DNA of 64,000 bases from an uncultured Chloroflexia bacterium (GCA_963782015.1 CAWAHY010000004.1:596633-660632), one strand, 5' to 3'; counted from the stretch's first letter, positions 1 through 10,640 are shown. The notes: generated by a model not told the origin, from the sequence alone. Translations and numbers: made by a program.

Positions 1-1329
1 TCGGCGGGGATGGTGACGGGGATCGGGCTGGTGGAGGGAGTGGAGTGCGTCATCGTCGCCAACGACGCGACGGTGAAGGGCGGCACCTACTTCCCGATCA
101 CCGTCAAGAAGCACCTCCGCGCCCAGGAGATCGCCCTCGAGAACCGGCTGCCGTGCCTCTACCTGGTGGACTCGGGCGGCGCGTACCTGCCCCTCCAGGA
201 CGAGGTCTTCCCCGATCGCGAGCACTTCGGGCGGATCTTCTTCAACCAGGCGCAGCTCTCAGCGCGCGGCATCCCCCAGATCGCGCTGGTGATGGGTTCC
301 TCGACGGCCGGTGGGGCCTACGTCCCGGCCATGTCCGACGAGACGGTGATCGTCAAGGGCACCGGCACCATCTTCCTGGGCGGCCCGCCGCTGGTGAAGG
401 CGGCGACCGGCGAGGAGGTGAGCGCCGAGGAGCTGGGCGGGGCCGAGGTGCACACCACGGTGAGTGGCGTGGCCGACCACTTCGCCCTCGACGACGAGCA
501 CGCCCTGGCGATCGGGCGCGAGATCGTGCGCAGCCTCGCCTGGCGCAAGCCGGATGCGCCGTGGGAGCGGAGCGCGCCGGCGGCGCCATCGGTCAATCCG
601 GAGGAGCTGTACGGCGTCGTCCCGGCCGATTCGCGCGTGACCTATGACGTGCGCGAGGTGATCGCGCGGCTGGTCGACGGCAGCGAGTTCCACGAGTTCA
701 AGGAGCGCTACGGCGAGACGCTGGTGACCGGCTTCGCGCGGATCGACGGCTACCCGGTGGGGATCCTGGCCAACAACGGGATCCTGTTCAGCGAGTCGGC
801 GCTGAAGGGCGCGCACTTCGTCGAGCTGGCCAGCCAGCGCCGCATCCCGCTCGTCTTCCTGCAGAACATCACCGGCTTCATGGTCGGCCGCGAGTACGAG
901 GCGGGTGGGATCGCCAAGGACGGCGCCAAGCTGGTGAGCGCGGTGGCCACGACGGCGGTGCCCAAGTTCACGGTGATCATCGGCGGCTCGTTCGGCGCCG
1001 GGAACTACGGCATGGCGGGGCGCGCCTACTCGCCGCGGCAGCTGTGGATGTGGCCCAACGCGCGGATCAGCGTGATGGGCGGGGCGCAGGCGGCCCGCGT
1101 CCTCTCCACGGTGAGTGGCGACTTCGCCTCCGACGAGGAGCGCGACGCGTTCGAGGCGCGGATCCTGGCCGAGTACGAGCGCCAGGGATCGCCCTGGTAC
1201 TCGACCGCGCGCCTGTGGGACGACGGGGTGATCGACCCGCTGGATACCCGGCGCGTGCTGGCGATGGGGATCAGCGCGGCGCTGAACGCGGAGATCGGCG
1301 AGACGCGGTTCGGCGTCTTCCGGATGTAG
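1..1329 (+). CDS. acyl-CoA carboxylase carboxyltransferase (beta) subunit, probably methylcrotonoyl-CoA carboxylase beta; 5' end lies outside the window
   Basis: Frame of ORF 10..1329 is open to the window edge. Translation shows carboxyltransferase motifs ([56 protein letters not shown]). It is clustered with an enoyl-CoA hydratase, a biotin carboxylase and an HMG-CoA lyase. Confidence 0.85.
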   Translation, partial: SAGMVTGIGLVEGVECVIVANDATVKGGTYFPITVKKHLRAQEIALENRLPCLYLVDSGGAYLPLQDEVFPDREHFGRIFFNQAQLSARGIPQIALVMGSSTAGGAYVPAMSDETVIVKGTGTIFLGGPPLVKAATGEEVSAEELGGAEVHTTVSGVADHFALDDEHALAIGREIVRSLAWRKPDAPWERSAPAAPSVNPEELYGVVPADSRVTYDVREVIARLVDGSEFHEFKERYGETLVTGFARIDGYPVGILANNGILFSESALKGAHFVELASQRRIPLVFLQNITGFMVGREYEAGGIAKDGAKLVSAVATTAVPKFTVIIGGSFGAGNYGMAGRAYSPRQLWMWPNARISVMGGAQAARVLSTVSGDFASDEERDAFEARILAEYERQGSPWYSTARLWDDGVIDPLDTRRVLAMGISAALNAEIGETRFGVFRM

Positions 1330-1468
1330 GGTGAGCCGATGAGCCCGGCGCCGGCCCGCGGACGAGCTCGCCCGCCCCGGTGGTAGGCTCCCCGGCATGG
1401 TCCTGGATCGCCCCGCGCCCGGCTCGCATGACCGCTCGACGCCGAGCGGCACCCTGGAAGAGAGCTCG

Positions 1469-2203
1469 ATGGCCATCTTCGAGGCGATGCTCGCAGCGCG
1501 TGACGCGGAGGTCGGCGACCAGCCCGGCCGGGCGGCGCTCGACAACTTCTATCGGGTCCTGATGGACGGGACCCTCCTGCTGCCGGTCCCTCCCGACCAC
1601 GGCGACGAGGCGAAGTCGGCGCTCGAGGCGGCGGTCAACGACGACGAGGAGGTCGAGGTCAGCGTGCTGCTCGCCGCCGACGCCGACGGGAAGCCGACCA
1701 GCGTCTGCTTCGCCTCGGTGGCGGCGCTCTCCGCCTGGTCGCCGCGCGGCACCGCCAGCCTGCCGCTCCCGGCGCGCATCGCGATCGGCAACATGGCGGC
1801 CGCGGGCGTGCCGGCGATCATGGATCCGGCCGGGCCGATCCCCTACCGCTTCGAGCCCGATGAGCTCGCCACCCTGGCGGCGGGTCGCCTGCCCGGCACC
1901 GATGAGCCGCTTGCCCCGCCATCGGTGAGCCATTCGATTCGGCTGCGCCTGGCGGGGCGCGAGGCGATGGTGCTCGAGCCGCCGCTGCGCGAAGCCCTGC
2001 GCCGGACCGATGTCGACGCCGCCTGGCTGGTCGAATCGGAGAGCAACGGGGCCAGCCGGCTGATGCTGGGGCTCCTCGGCGGGGAGGGGGCGTCCGCGAC
2101 CGTGGACGTGCCGGACGGCACCGACGTGGTCTGGCTCGAGGAGCCGCTGCTCGCATCGGTCCGGGCCGTCAGCGAGCCGTTCTATCGGAGGGGCCAGGGG
2201 TGA
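1469..2203 (+). CDS. hypothetical protein, tentatively SseB-like
   Basis: ORF 1397..2203. I prefer the internal ATG at 1469, preceded by GGAAGAGAG. Its stop overlaps the next gene's GTG (GTGA at 2200-2203). Acidic N-terminal region with an LLLPVP motif resembles SseB-family proteins; the name is weak. Confidence 0.5.
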   Translation: MAIFEAMLAARDAEVGDQPGRAALDNFYRVLMDGTLLLPVPPDHGDEAKSALEAAVNDDEEVEVSVLLAADADGKPTSVCFASVAALSAWSPRGTASLPLPARIAIGNMAAAGVPAIMDPAGPIPYRFEPDELATLAAGRLPGTDEPLAPPSVSHSIRLRLAGREAMVLEPPLREALRRTDVDAAWLVESESNGASRLMLGLLGGEGASATVDVPDGTDVVWLEEPLLASVRAVSEPFYRRGQG

Positions 2204-2990
2204 ACGAGATGCTGCGCGTCGAGCGGACCGGAACGGTGGCGCGCGTGACGCTCACGCGGCCCGAGGTGCGCAACACCTTCAACGCCGAGCTGATCGAGTC
2301 GCTGCGGGCCGCCTTCGAGCAGCTGCGCGAGGAGCCCGCGGAGGCGCTGCGCGCGGTCGTGCTGAGCGGAGAGGGAAAGGCGTTCTGCGCCGGGGCTGAC
2401 ATCGAGTGGCAGCTCTCCTCGAGGGAGCTGCCGATGGACGAGAACGAGGCCGACGTGCGCCGGCTGCAGGAGATGCTGGCCACCATCGACAACTGCCCGG
2501 TGCCGGTGGTGGCGGCGGTCCACGGGGCGGCGCTGGGGGGTGGCATGGCCCTCTGCTGCGTGGCGGACATCACGCTCGCCACCGCGGACGCGATCTTCGG
2601 CTTCACCGAGGTCAAGCTGGGCCTGATCCCGGCGGCGATCAGCCCGTTCGTCCTGCCGCGGATCGGCGAGGGGCCGGCGCGTGCGCTCTTCCTGACCGGC
2701 GAGCGATTCGGCTCGGAGCGGGCGCTCGCGATCGGGGTCGTCGTCGGAGGTCCTGCCCGACCAGGCGGCGCTCGACGCACGAGTCACCGCGATCCTCGAG
2801 GAGATCCGCACTGCCGGCCCCGGAGTCGGTTCGCAACGCCAAGGCCATGATCCGCGGGCAGCGGAACATGTCGCGCGGCGACGCGCTGGAGCGGACCATG
2901 CGCTGGGCCGCGCGGCAGCGCGTCTCGCCCGAGGGACAGGAGGGGCTCGGCGCCTTCCTCGAGAAGCGCCCACCGTCCTGGCGGGAGTAG
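2200..2990 (+). pseudogene. enoyl-CoA hydratase/isomerase family, likely methylglutaconyl-CoA hydratase; two frame disruptions as sequenced
   Basis: The N-terminal 180 aa in the frame of ORF 2200..2850 carry crotonase motifs (GEGKAFCAGADI, AAVHGAALGGGMAL, FTEVKLGLIP). The middle segment EVLPDQAALDARVTAILEEIRTAGP is only readable in a second frame. The C-terminus ESVRNAKAMI...EGLGAFLEKRPPSWRE is in a third frame (tail of ORF 2406..2990). Junctions are near 2743 and in the C-run 2818-2821. Confidence 0.8.
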
Positions 2991-3018
2991 CCGCACCGGC
3001 CTCTGCGACAATCGCGAC

Positions 3019-5016
3019 ATGCCCGATGAGACGCTCACCCCGCGCCAGGTGGCCGAGGAGCTGGGCGTCACGGTGCGGACCGTCCAGCGCTGGGTGGCTG
3101 AGGGTCGGCTGCCAGCCGACCGAGTCGGCGGCCGGGTGCGCGTGTCGCGCTCGTCGCTGGGAAACGTCACCGAGGCGCGCACAACGCCGCTTGCTCGCCC
3201 GATCCAGGCGCTGCTCATCGCCAACCGCGGCGAGATCGCGGTCCGGGTGGCGGCGACGGCCCGGCAGCTCGGGATGCGCACCATCGGTGTCCACGCGCCG
3301 GATGACCGCCCACCCGATGGCCTCGACCTGGCGCTGCCGATCCCCGGCTACCTCGATGGCGATGCCATCATCGACGCCGCCCGTCGCTCGGGCGCCGACG
3401 CCATCCACCCCGGCTACGGATTCCTGGCCGAGAACGCCGACTTCGCCGCCGCCGTCGAGCGAGCCGGGCTGACCTGGGTCGGGCCACCGGCCGCGGCCAT
3501 CGCCGCGATGGGCGACAAGGCGGCGGCGCGGCGCACCGCAGCCGCCCACGGGGTTCCGGTCACGCCCGGGTACGACGGCGAGGCGCAGGACGACACGACC
3601 CTGGCCGGGGAGGCGGTCCGCATCGGTCTGCCCATCCTGGTCAAGCCCTCGGCCGGCGGTGGCGGCAAGGGGATGCGCGTCGTCCACGAGGCATTCCGCC
3701 TGCCTGACGAGCTGGCCGCTGCACGCCGGGAGGCGCAGCGCGCCTTCGGCGACGATCGGCTCATCCTCGAGCGCCTCCTCGTCGGGGCGCGGCACGTCGA
3801 GGTGCAGGTCCTCTTCGACCGACACGGCCACGGGGTCCATCTCGGCGAGCGCGACTGCTCGACCCAGCGTCGCAACCAGAAGATCGTCGAGGAGTCGCCC
3901 GCGCCGTCGGTCTCGGCGGAGCTTCGCGCCCGGATGGGAGATGCGGCCCTGGCGGTGGCGCGCGCGGTCGGCTACGCCAACGCCGGGACGGTCGAGTTCC
4001 TGCTCACCGATGCGGGCGACTTCTTCTTCGTCGAGATGAACACCCGACTCCAGGTCGAGCACCCCGTGACCGAGGCGGTGACGGGCCGCGACCTGGTCGC
4101 CGACCAGCTGCGGATCGCCGCCGGGGAGCCGCTCGGCTTCGGGCAGTCGGCGGTGCGCTGGAGCGGCCACGCCATCGAGGCGCGCCTCTACGCCGAGGAT
4201 CCCGACGCCGGCTTCCTGCCGGCCGCCGGCCGCGTCCTGCGCCTGCGCTGGCCCGACGGCGTTCGGGTGGACACCGGCATCCGGGAAGGCGACACCGTCT
4301 CGGACCGATACGACCCGCTCCTCGCCAAGCTGATCGCCCGCGGGCGAACGCGGGACGAGGCCCTCGCCGCGCCTGCGGGCGGCGCTCGACGAGACGCTGG
4401 TGCTCGGCGTGCGCACCAACCTGCGCTTCCTGCGCTGGCTGCTCGACCAGCCGGTCGTGCGCGACGGCCAGGTCCGGACCGATACCCTCGCGGGGCTCGC
4501 GCTGCCTCCGGCGCCACTTCCCGACGACGCGGCGTGGGGCTGCCGCGGCCGGCGCGCTCCTCGGGACGGAGCCCGAGGACGCCTGGGGTGGCGGCTGGCG
4601 CGGAGCGGCTCCCGCGGTGGTGCGGATGCGATTCGGAGATGAGGAACGCCGCGTCGAGGTGCGCGCGGCCGGCGTGGCGGTCGCGGTCGACGGGCGGCAC
4701 GGCCCACGTGGACGTCGAGGGCCAATCGCTCGAGCTCTCCCTGGCTCCGCCGCCGAGCATCGAGGAGGCGGTGCGGCACGCGGCCGCCCATGCCGGCGGC
4801 ACGGCCGCCCTGACCGCACCAATGCCCGGGCGCGTGATCGCCGTGCGCGCCGCGGAGGGCGCAGCGGTCGTGGCCCACCAGGCGATCGTGGTGATCGAGG
4901 CGATGAAGATGGAGCACGCCGTGGTCACGCCGCTGGCCGGGACGGTGACCCGCGTCGCCGTGACGGTCGGGCAGCAGGTCCAGCGCGGGGACCTGCTGGC
5001 GGAGGTATCGGCCTAA
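3019..5016 (+). pseudogene. biotin carboxylase + biotin carboxyl carrier (acyl-CoA carboxylase alpha subunit, probably MCC alpha) with an N-terminal HTH extension; three frame disruptions as sequenced
   Basis: Biotin carboxylase motifs: LIANRGEIAVRV, KPSAGGGGKGMRVV, EMNTRLQVEHPVTE. Biotinyl motif EAMKMEH lies near the C-terminus. The central segment LGVRTNLRFLRWLLDQPVVRDGQVRTDTL is only readable in the frame of ORF 4400..4642, and VRMRFGDEERRVEVRAAGVAVAVDG only in the frame of ORF 4617..5021. Junctions are near 4369, in the G-run 4536-4539 and near 4695-4700. The first about 50 aa look like an excisionase/MerR-type HTH. Confidence 0.85.
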
Positions 5017-5028
5017 CATGACCGCCCG

Positions 5029-5954
5029 ATGACCCGCCCAGAGGTCCGTGTCTACGAGGTCGGCCCGCGCGACGGCCTGCAGTCCGAGGCGGCCGTGGTG
5101 CCGACCGAGGGAAAGCTGCGGTTCCTCTCGATGCTCGCCGATGCCGGCCTGCGCGAGATCGAGGCCACCTCGTTGGTGCGCCCGGACGCGATCCCCCAGC
5201 TGGCCGACGCCGACGAGCTGCTGGCAGGCCTCGAGCGGCGCGCCGGGCGTTCGCTACCCGGTGCTGGTCCCGAACGGCCGAGGCATGGAGCGGGCCATCG
5301 CCGCGCGGTGTCGACGCGATCTGCCTGATCACCGCCGCCACCGATGGGTACGTGCGCCACAACATCGGGATGAGCGTCGACGAGTCGCTGGCCGCCTTCG
5401 CGCCGATCGCCGCCGAGGCCCGCAGCCGAGGCTGGTGGATCCGCGCCTACGTCAGCACCGCGTTTGGCTGCCCGTACGACGGAGAGGTCGACGAGGGCGC
5501 CGTGGTGCGCGTGGCCGAGCGGCTGCTGCGGCTGGGCGTGGACGAGCTGTCGATCTCCGACACCCTCGGCGTGGCCGCCCCCACCGACGTGCGCCGCGTG
5601 CTCGGGGCGCTCAAGGCGGCCGGGATCGCTCCGGAGGTGGTGGCGCTCCACCTGCACGACACGCGGGGAACGGCGCTGGCCAACGTGATGGCCGCGCTCG
5701 AGCTGGGGATCCGCGCGTTCGACGCCTCGACCGGCGGGACCGGCGGCTCGCCGTACGCGCCCGGCTCGGCCGGCAACCTCGCGACGGAGGACCTGGTCTA
5801 TCTCCTCGACCGGGAGGGGGTGCGGACCGGGGTGAACCTCGATGGCGTCCTGGCGGCGGCGGCCTTCATCGCCGCTCAGCTCGGCCGGGAGGTGGCCAGC
5901 AAGGTGGGGCGCGCCGGTGGCTGGCCGCGCGGCGCGGGGCAGGGCACGGGGTAG
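5029..5954 (+). pseudogene. hydroxymethylglutaryl-CoA lyase; two frame disruptions as sequenced
   Basis: N-terminus VRVYEVGPRDGLQSE is in ORF 5029..5328. The middle segment VRYPVLVPNGRGMERAIAA is in the frame of ORF 5048. The remainder (VDAICLITAATDGYVRHNIGMS..., HLHDTRGTALANVMAALELG, GGSPYAPGSAGNLATEDL) is in ORF 5352..5954. Junctions are in the G-run 5245-5247 and near 5304. Confidence 0.85.
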
Positions 5955-5955
5955 G

Positions 5956-6948
5956 ATGACGCCGATGCAGGCGCGACCGCCCGACGCCGATCCCCGCCCG
6001 ATCCTCCTCGACGTCGACACCGGGATCGACGACATGGTCGCCCTGCTCATCGCCGCGACCGCCCCCGAGCTGAACCTGCGCGGGGTGACCTGCGTCGCCG
6101 GCAACGTGGAGATCCACCACGTGGCGCGCAACACCGGCAAGATCCTGCGCATGGTCGGGCGGGGCGACGTGCCGGTCAGCATCGGGGCCGCGCGGCCGCT
6201 GCATCGGCGCCTGCGCACCGCCCAGGACACGCACGGCCCCACCGGCACCGGCTACGTCGAGCTGACCGGCGAGGACCCCGAGCTCGGCTCGACCGATTAC
6301 ACGGCGGTCCCCGCGCCGCGCTACATCGCGGCGCACATCGAGAAGCACCCCGGCGAGCTGACCATCGTGGCGCTGGGGCCGCTCACCAATCTGGCCTCCG
6401 CGGTGCTCTCGGGGATCGACCTGGCCGGCGGCCTGCGCGAGGCGATCTGGATGGGCGGCGCCATCGAGGAGCGCGGCAACACCACCGAGACCGGGGAGTG
6501 GAACGCATGCGTCGATCCCGAGGCGGCGGAGGCGTGCCTCGCCGCTGGCGTCATCTCGCGCATCTTCCCGCTCGACGCGACGCAGGACGTCCTCTTCACC
6601 CTCGACGATCTCGACGCCCTGCCCGATACCGCGCTGGCCGCGATGGTGCGCGACGCCATCCGCTTCTACGTGGCCTTCCACCGCAGCGCCGATGGCGTCG
6701 ACGGCTGCTATCTCCACGATCCGGTGACCCTGATCGGGTCGCTGCTGCGGCCCGACCTCGTCACCGAGTGGGTGAGCCAGGCGCTCGCCTGCGACACGAG
6801 CAGCGACCCGCACCTGGCCGGCAGCCTGTATCGGCTCGAGGACGGCACCCGCGGGCCGGTCGAGGTCGCCATGGCCATCGATCCGAATCCGATGAAGACC
6901 GAGGTGCTGGCGCGACTGGCGCGCGCGGTCGCCAACCCGACCCAATAG
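5956..6948 (+). CDS. nucleoside hydrolase (inosine/uridine-preferring family)
   Basis: ORF 5842..6948. The ATG at 5956 directly follows the lyase stop (TAG 5952-5954). The N-terminal DVDTGIDDMVAL aspartate cluster is typical of IUNH-family enzymes. Confidence 0.8.
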   Translation: MTPMQARPPDADPRPILLDVDTGIDDMVALLIAATAPELNLRGVTCVAGNVEIHHVARNTGKILRMVGRGDVPVSIGAARPLHRRLRTAQDTHGPTGTGYVELTGEDPELGSTDYTAVPAPRYIAAHIEKHPGELTIVALGPLTNLASAVLSGIDLAGGLREAIWMGGAIEERGNTTETGEWNACVDPEAAEACLAAGVISRIFPLDATQDVLFTLDDLDALPDTALAAMVRDAIRFYVAFHRSADGVDGCYLHDPVTLIGSLLRPDLVTEWVSQALACDTSSDPHLAGSLYRLEDGTRGPVEVAMAIDPNPMKTEVLARLARAVANPTQ

Positions 6949-6970
6949 GCCCAGGCCAAGGAGGTTCACC

Positions 6971-8224
6971 GTGGACGCAGCACGCTGGATGAGAGCGGGG
7001 ATCGGCCTCGGGGCCGGAGCCGTCCTCGGGGTGGTCCTGTACGCAACCGGCCAGACCTGGCCGCTGGCGGCCGCCATCGGTGTCGTCGTGGGCGACCTGG
7101 TGTACGCCGTGCTGGTCCGGATGCAAACTGGCGAGAACGGGCCGCTCCGCGTCGCCGCCGGCCTGGTCGCGTTCGCGGTCGTCACCTACGTCGGGATCAT
7201 CGGCTTCGGTGACTTCGGGGACGCGGGCGCGGTCGATCCGAACACCTTCGCCAACACCAAGGCCGCCAACTCGTGGGCGCTGATCCTGACCGTGGCGATG
7301 GTGATCGGCGCGATCGTGACCTACGGCCTCGAGCTGCTGCAGACCGGCCGCCTGGCCTCGCTCTCGCGCCAGTTCACCACCCGGACCATCCTGCTCATGA
7401 CGGTCGGGATCGGGGTCAACGTGATCCTGGGCCAGACCGTGGCATCGGCGCTCAAGATCCCGATCTACCTCGACTCGATCGGCACCATCCTGGTCGGGGT
7501 GCTGTGCGGCCCGGTCGCCGGCGCGGTGACCGGTGGGCTCGGCAACATCCTGTGGTCGTACGTGATCCCGCCGCCGTTCCAGTACCAGCCGGCGGCCGCC
7601 TTCGCCATCACCGCGGTGGCAATCGGCGTCATCGCCGGCCTGGCCGGACGCGCCGGGTTCCTGCGCCCCCGCCCCAACCGCTCCACCGCCGAGCTCCTCG
7701 CCGGGGGCGCCGTCACGGTGGTCCTGGTCGGCGCGCTGACGTGGGCAGCCTCCCAGGCCTACACCAAGATCTTCGACACCACCATCAGCCTCTTCCCCGA
7801 TCCCTCCAAGGTGGACACGATCTTCGTCCTGCTCGGCTACCTGGCCCTCGCGCTCGTGGTATTGGCGGTGCTCGGCCTCTTCGCGCTGCTGCTCGTGCGG
7901 CGCGACCTGACCGCTGCGTACGTGGTCGTCGCGGGCGTCTTCACCGGCATCGTCGCCGCCCTGATCAGCGCCCCGATCGCCGCCGGCGTCTTCGGCGGCG
8001 TGACCGCCTCGGGCACCGACTTCCTGGTGGCCGCCTTCCGCCAGGCCGGGCTCGACGTCCAGGCGGCGACGACCGGGCAGGGCCTGATCAGCGACCCGAT
8101 CGACAAGGTGACCACCTTCTTCACCGTCTACCTGATCCTCCAGGCGCTCGCCAACCGCTTCAAGGCGCGCTTCCCGCAGGGCGAGCAGGTGCTCGAGCAG
8201 GTGCTCGAGGAGGCGCCCGCCTGA
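6971..8224 (+). CDS. polytopic membrane protein, ECF-transporter S-component-like but unusually long (417 aa)
   Basis: ORF 6971..8224 (GTG start) is highly hydrophobic throughout. It sits directly upstream of EcfT-like and two ECF-type ATPase genes. The core segment (LLMTVGIGVNVILGQ..., GTILVGVLCGPVAGAVTGGLGNILW) resembles S components. Confidence 0.55.
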   Translation: MDAARWMRAGIGLGAGAVLGVVLYATGQTWPLAAAIGVVVGDLVYAVLVRMQTGENGPLRVAAGLVAFAVVTYVGIIGFGDFGDAGAVDPNTFANTKAANSWALILTVAMVIGAIVTYGLELLQTGRLASLSRQFTTRTILLMTVGIGVNVILGQTVASALKIPIYLDSIGTILVGVLCGPVAGAVTGGLGNILWSYVIPPPFQYQPAAAFAITAVAIGVIAGLAGRAGFLRPRPNRSTAELLAGGAVTVVLVGALTWAASQAYTKIFDTTISLFPDPSKVDTIFVLLGYLALALVVLAVLGLFALLLVRRDLTAAYVVVAGVFTGIVAALISAPIAAGVFGGVTASGTDFLVAAFRQAGLDVQAATTGQGLISDPIDKVTTFFTVYLILQALANRFKARFPQGEQVLEQVLEEAPA

Positions 8225-8250
8225 CCGATCGCCTCCCCACCTTCCTGGGG

Positions 8251-9022
8251 GTGCCGGGGCCGAGCGCCTTCCATCGCCTGAACCCGCTCACCAAGGCCGT
8301 CGCTCGCCGCGGCGAGCACCGCCCTGGCCGTGCTGCTCGGCGGCCTGCTCGGGCCGGTCCTGCTGCTGGTCGTGGCCGTCGTGGTGCCGGCCGTGGTCGC
8401 GGGCATCCTGGCCCGCCTGCTGCGCACGGCGCTGCTCCTCTCCCTGCCGATCGCGGTCAGCGTGCTGGTCGTCAACCTTCTCTTCTACCCTGAGGGCCAG
8501 CAGGTCCTGTTCGAGCTCGGGCCGATCCGCGCCACCGCGGAGGGGCTCGGGTTCGCGCTCGAGACGCTCGCCCGCATCGGCGCGATCAGCGGCGCGATCA
8601 CGCTCTTCTATCTCACCACGCCCCCCGGGGCGCTGGTGCTCGACCTCGAGCGCCGCGGCGTGTCGCCACGGATCGCCTTCGTCGCGCTGGCCTCGGTGCA
8701 GACCGTGCCGGCCATGGTCGAGCGAGCCGTGACCATCACTGCCGCGCAGCGGGCGCGCGGCCTCGACACCGAGGGCTCTCTCTGGCGGCGGGTGCGGGGC
8801 GTGCTGCCCCTGGCCGGGCCGGTGCTGCTCGGCTCGATCGGGGAGGTCGAGGAGCGCTCGATGGCGCTCGAGGCACGAGGCTTCACGCGGCCGGGACGCC
8901 GCACGCTGCTGTGGTGGCCGCCGGACACCGAGCGCCAGCGGCTGGCTCGCTGGCTGCTCCTGCTCAGCGTGCCGCTGATCGTGGCGGCGCGGGTGTTCGG
9001 CTGGCTGGAGTGGCTGCGCTGA
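8251..9022 (+). pseudogene. ecfT: energy-coupling factor transporter transmembrane (T) component, CbiQ/EcfT family; one frame disruption as sequenced
   Basis: The body is in ORF 8330..9022 and has two Ala-Arg-Gly motifs (AAQRARGLD, ALEARGF). The plausible N-terminus VPGPSAFHRLNPLTKAVA (GTG 8251) is in the frame of ORF 7273..8493. The junction is near 8300-8306. Its stop overlaps the next ATG (ATGA at 9020-9024). Confidence 0.7.
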
Positions 9023-9840
9023 TGCTGACGCTCGAATCGGTCGGCTACCGGTACGCCGGGGCCCTGCAGCCCTCGCTCCACGACGTGAGCCTGGAGCTGC
9101 GCGACGGCGAGGTGCTCGGGCTGGTCGGGGCGTCGGAGTCGGGCAAGACGACCCTCTGCCTCGTCGCGTGCGGGCTGGCGCCGCGGAGCGTGGGCGGGAG
9201 GCTCTACGGACGCGTGCTGCTCGACGGGGCCGACATGGAGCCGCTCGCCATGGACCAGCTCGCCGCGCGCGTGGGCATCGCGTTCGCGAGCCCCGCGACG
9301 CAGCTCTCCGGGGTGGCGGACACGGTCTACGAGGAGGTCGCCTTTGGACCGATGAACCTGGGCCTGCCACTCCCCGAGGTGATCGAGCGGACCGATGGGG
9401 CGCTCGCCTCCCTGCGCATCGAGGCGCTCGCCGACCGCGACCCCGCCCGTCTCTCCGGCGGACAGCAGCAGCTGGTCGCGATCGCCGGGCTGCTCGCCCT
9501 GCGGCCGGCCCACCTGATCCTCGACGAGCCGACCGCCCAGCTCGATCCGGCCGGGACGGCGATGGTCGCCGACGCGCTCGCCGGCCTCGCGCGCGACGGG
9601 GCCTCGATCCTGGTCGCGGAGCACAAGACCGATCTGCTGGCGCGGATCTGCGCGCGCGTCGTGGTCCTGGCCTCCGGACGTGTCGCCCTGGACGGGGCGG
9701 CAGGTGAGGTCCTCGCCGATCCACGGCTGGTCGACCTGGGCGTTGCCCCGCCGGGAGCCGTGCGCCTGGCCCGCGCGGCCCGTGACAAGGGCGTGCCTCG
9801 CACGTCCCAGGCGCGCCTCGCGGAGGCGCTCGCCCGATGA
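9022..9840 (+). CDS. ECF-type ABC transporter ATP-binding protein
   Basis: ORF 8911..9840; ATG at 9022 overlaps the EcfT stop. Walker A GASESGKTT, signature LSGGQQQ, Walker B LILDEP. Confidence 0.85.
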   Translation: MLTLESVGYRYAGALQPSLHDVSLELRDGEVLGLVGASESGKTTLCLVACGLAPRSVGGRLYGRVLLDGADMEPLAMDQLAARVGIAFASPATQLSGVADTVYEEVAFGPMNLGLPLPEVIERTDGALASLRIEALADRDPARLSGGQQQLVAIAGLLALRPAHLILDEPTAQLDPAGTAMVADALAGLARDGASILVAEHKTDLLARICARVVVLASGRVALDGAAGEVLADPRLVDLGVAPPGAVRLARAARDKGVPRTSQARLAEALAR

Positions 9841-10640
9841 CCGAGCTGGCCCTCGAGGCCGTCAGCTACCGCTATTCGCAGGGCGGCGCCATGGCCCTCG
9901 ACGGCGTCGAGCTGCGCATCGCCGCGGGCGAGCGGGTCGCGCTCGTCGGCCAGAACGGGAGCGGCAAGACGACCCTGGTCCGCCACCTCAACGGCCTCCT
10001 GCGCCCAACCTCGGGCCGCGTCCTGCACGACGGCCGGGATGTCCGTGGCCACACCGTCGCCGAGCTTGCGCGATCGGTGGGGCTCGTCTTCCAGGACCCC
10101 GATCGGCAGATCTTCGCCGGCAGCGTCCGAGCCGAGGTCGAGTTCGGCCCGCGCAACCTGGGCATGCGGGGTGACCAGCTGCGGGAGGCGGTCGACGAGG
10201 CGCTGGCGGCCGTCGGCCTCGAGGCGGATGCGAAGACCAACCCGTACGACCTGGGCGCCTCGCGGCGCAAGCTGCTGGCCCTTGCATCGGTGCAGGCCAT
10301 GCGCACCCCCGTGCTCGTGCTCGACGAGCCGACCACCGGTCAGGACCTGCGGGGCGTGGCGACCGTGCGGCGCCTCATCGACGAGGCGCACGCGGCGGGG
10401 CGCACGGTGATCGCGATCAGTCACGACATGGGCTTCGTGGCCGATGCCTTCGATCGGGTCGTCGTCCTGCGCGCGGGATCGGTGATCCTCGACGGAGCAC
10501 CCGCATCGGTCTTTGGCGAGGCGTCCTGGGAGGCGCTCCGTTCGACCTACCTGGAACCGCCGCTGCCCGCGCTGGTCGGTGCGCGCCTCGGCCTGGGCGC
10601 CACGCCGACCGACGCGACCCTGCTCTCCGCCCTCGGCTAG
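9837..10640 (+). CDS. ECF-type ABC transporter ATP-binding protein (second ATPase)
   Basis: ORF 9837..10640 has an ATGA overlap with the preceding ATPase gene. Walker A GQNGSGKTT and Walker B LVLDEPTTGQD. Confidence 0.85.
   Translation: MTELALEAVSYRYSQGGAMALDGVELRIAAGERVALVGQNGSGKTTLVRHLNGLLRPTSGRVLHDGRDVRGHTVAELARSVGLVFQDPDRQIFAGSVRAEVEFGPRNLGMRGDQLREAVDEALAAVGLEADAKTNPYDLGASRRKLLALASVQAMRTPVLVLDEPTTGQDLRGVATVRRLIDEAHAAGRTVIAISHDMGFVADAFDRVVVLRAGSVILDGAPASVFGEASWEALRSTYLEPPLPALVGARLGLGATPTDATLLSALG

Noticed and set aside
2182-5019. 945 aa ORF on the minus strand, plus similar long antisense or alternate-frame ORFs (for example 259..1545, 5052..6248, 5866..7185, 8288..9724, 9327..10703, 15839..17530, 20711..22108, 42129..43457, 46476..47798, 49653..51269, 52420..53976, 55278..56534).
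   Set aside because: All lie opposite or out of frame to genes with clear family motifs. Their translations are Arg/Pro/Gly/Ala-rich with no recognisable domains. Stop-free alternate frames are expected in DNA this GC-rich.
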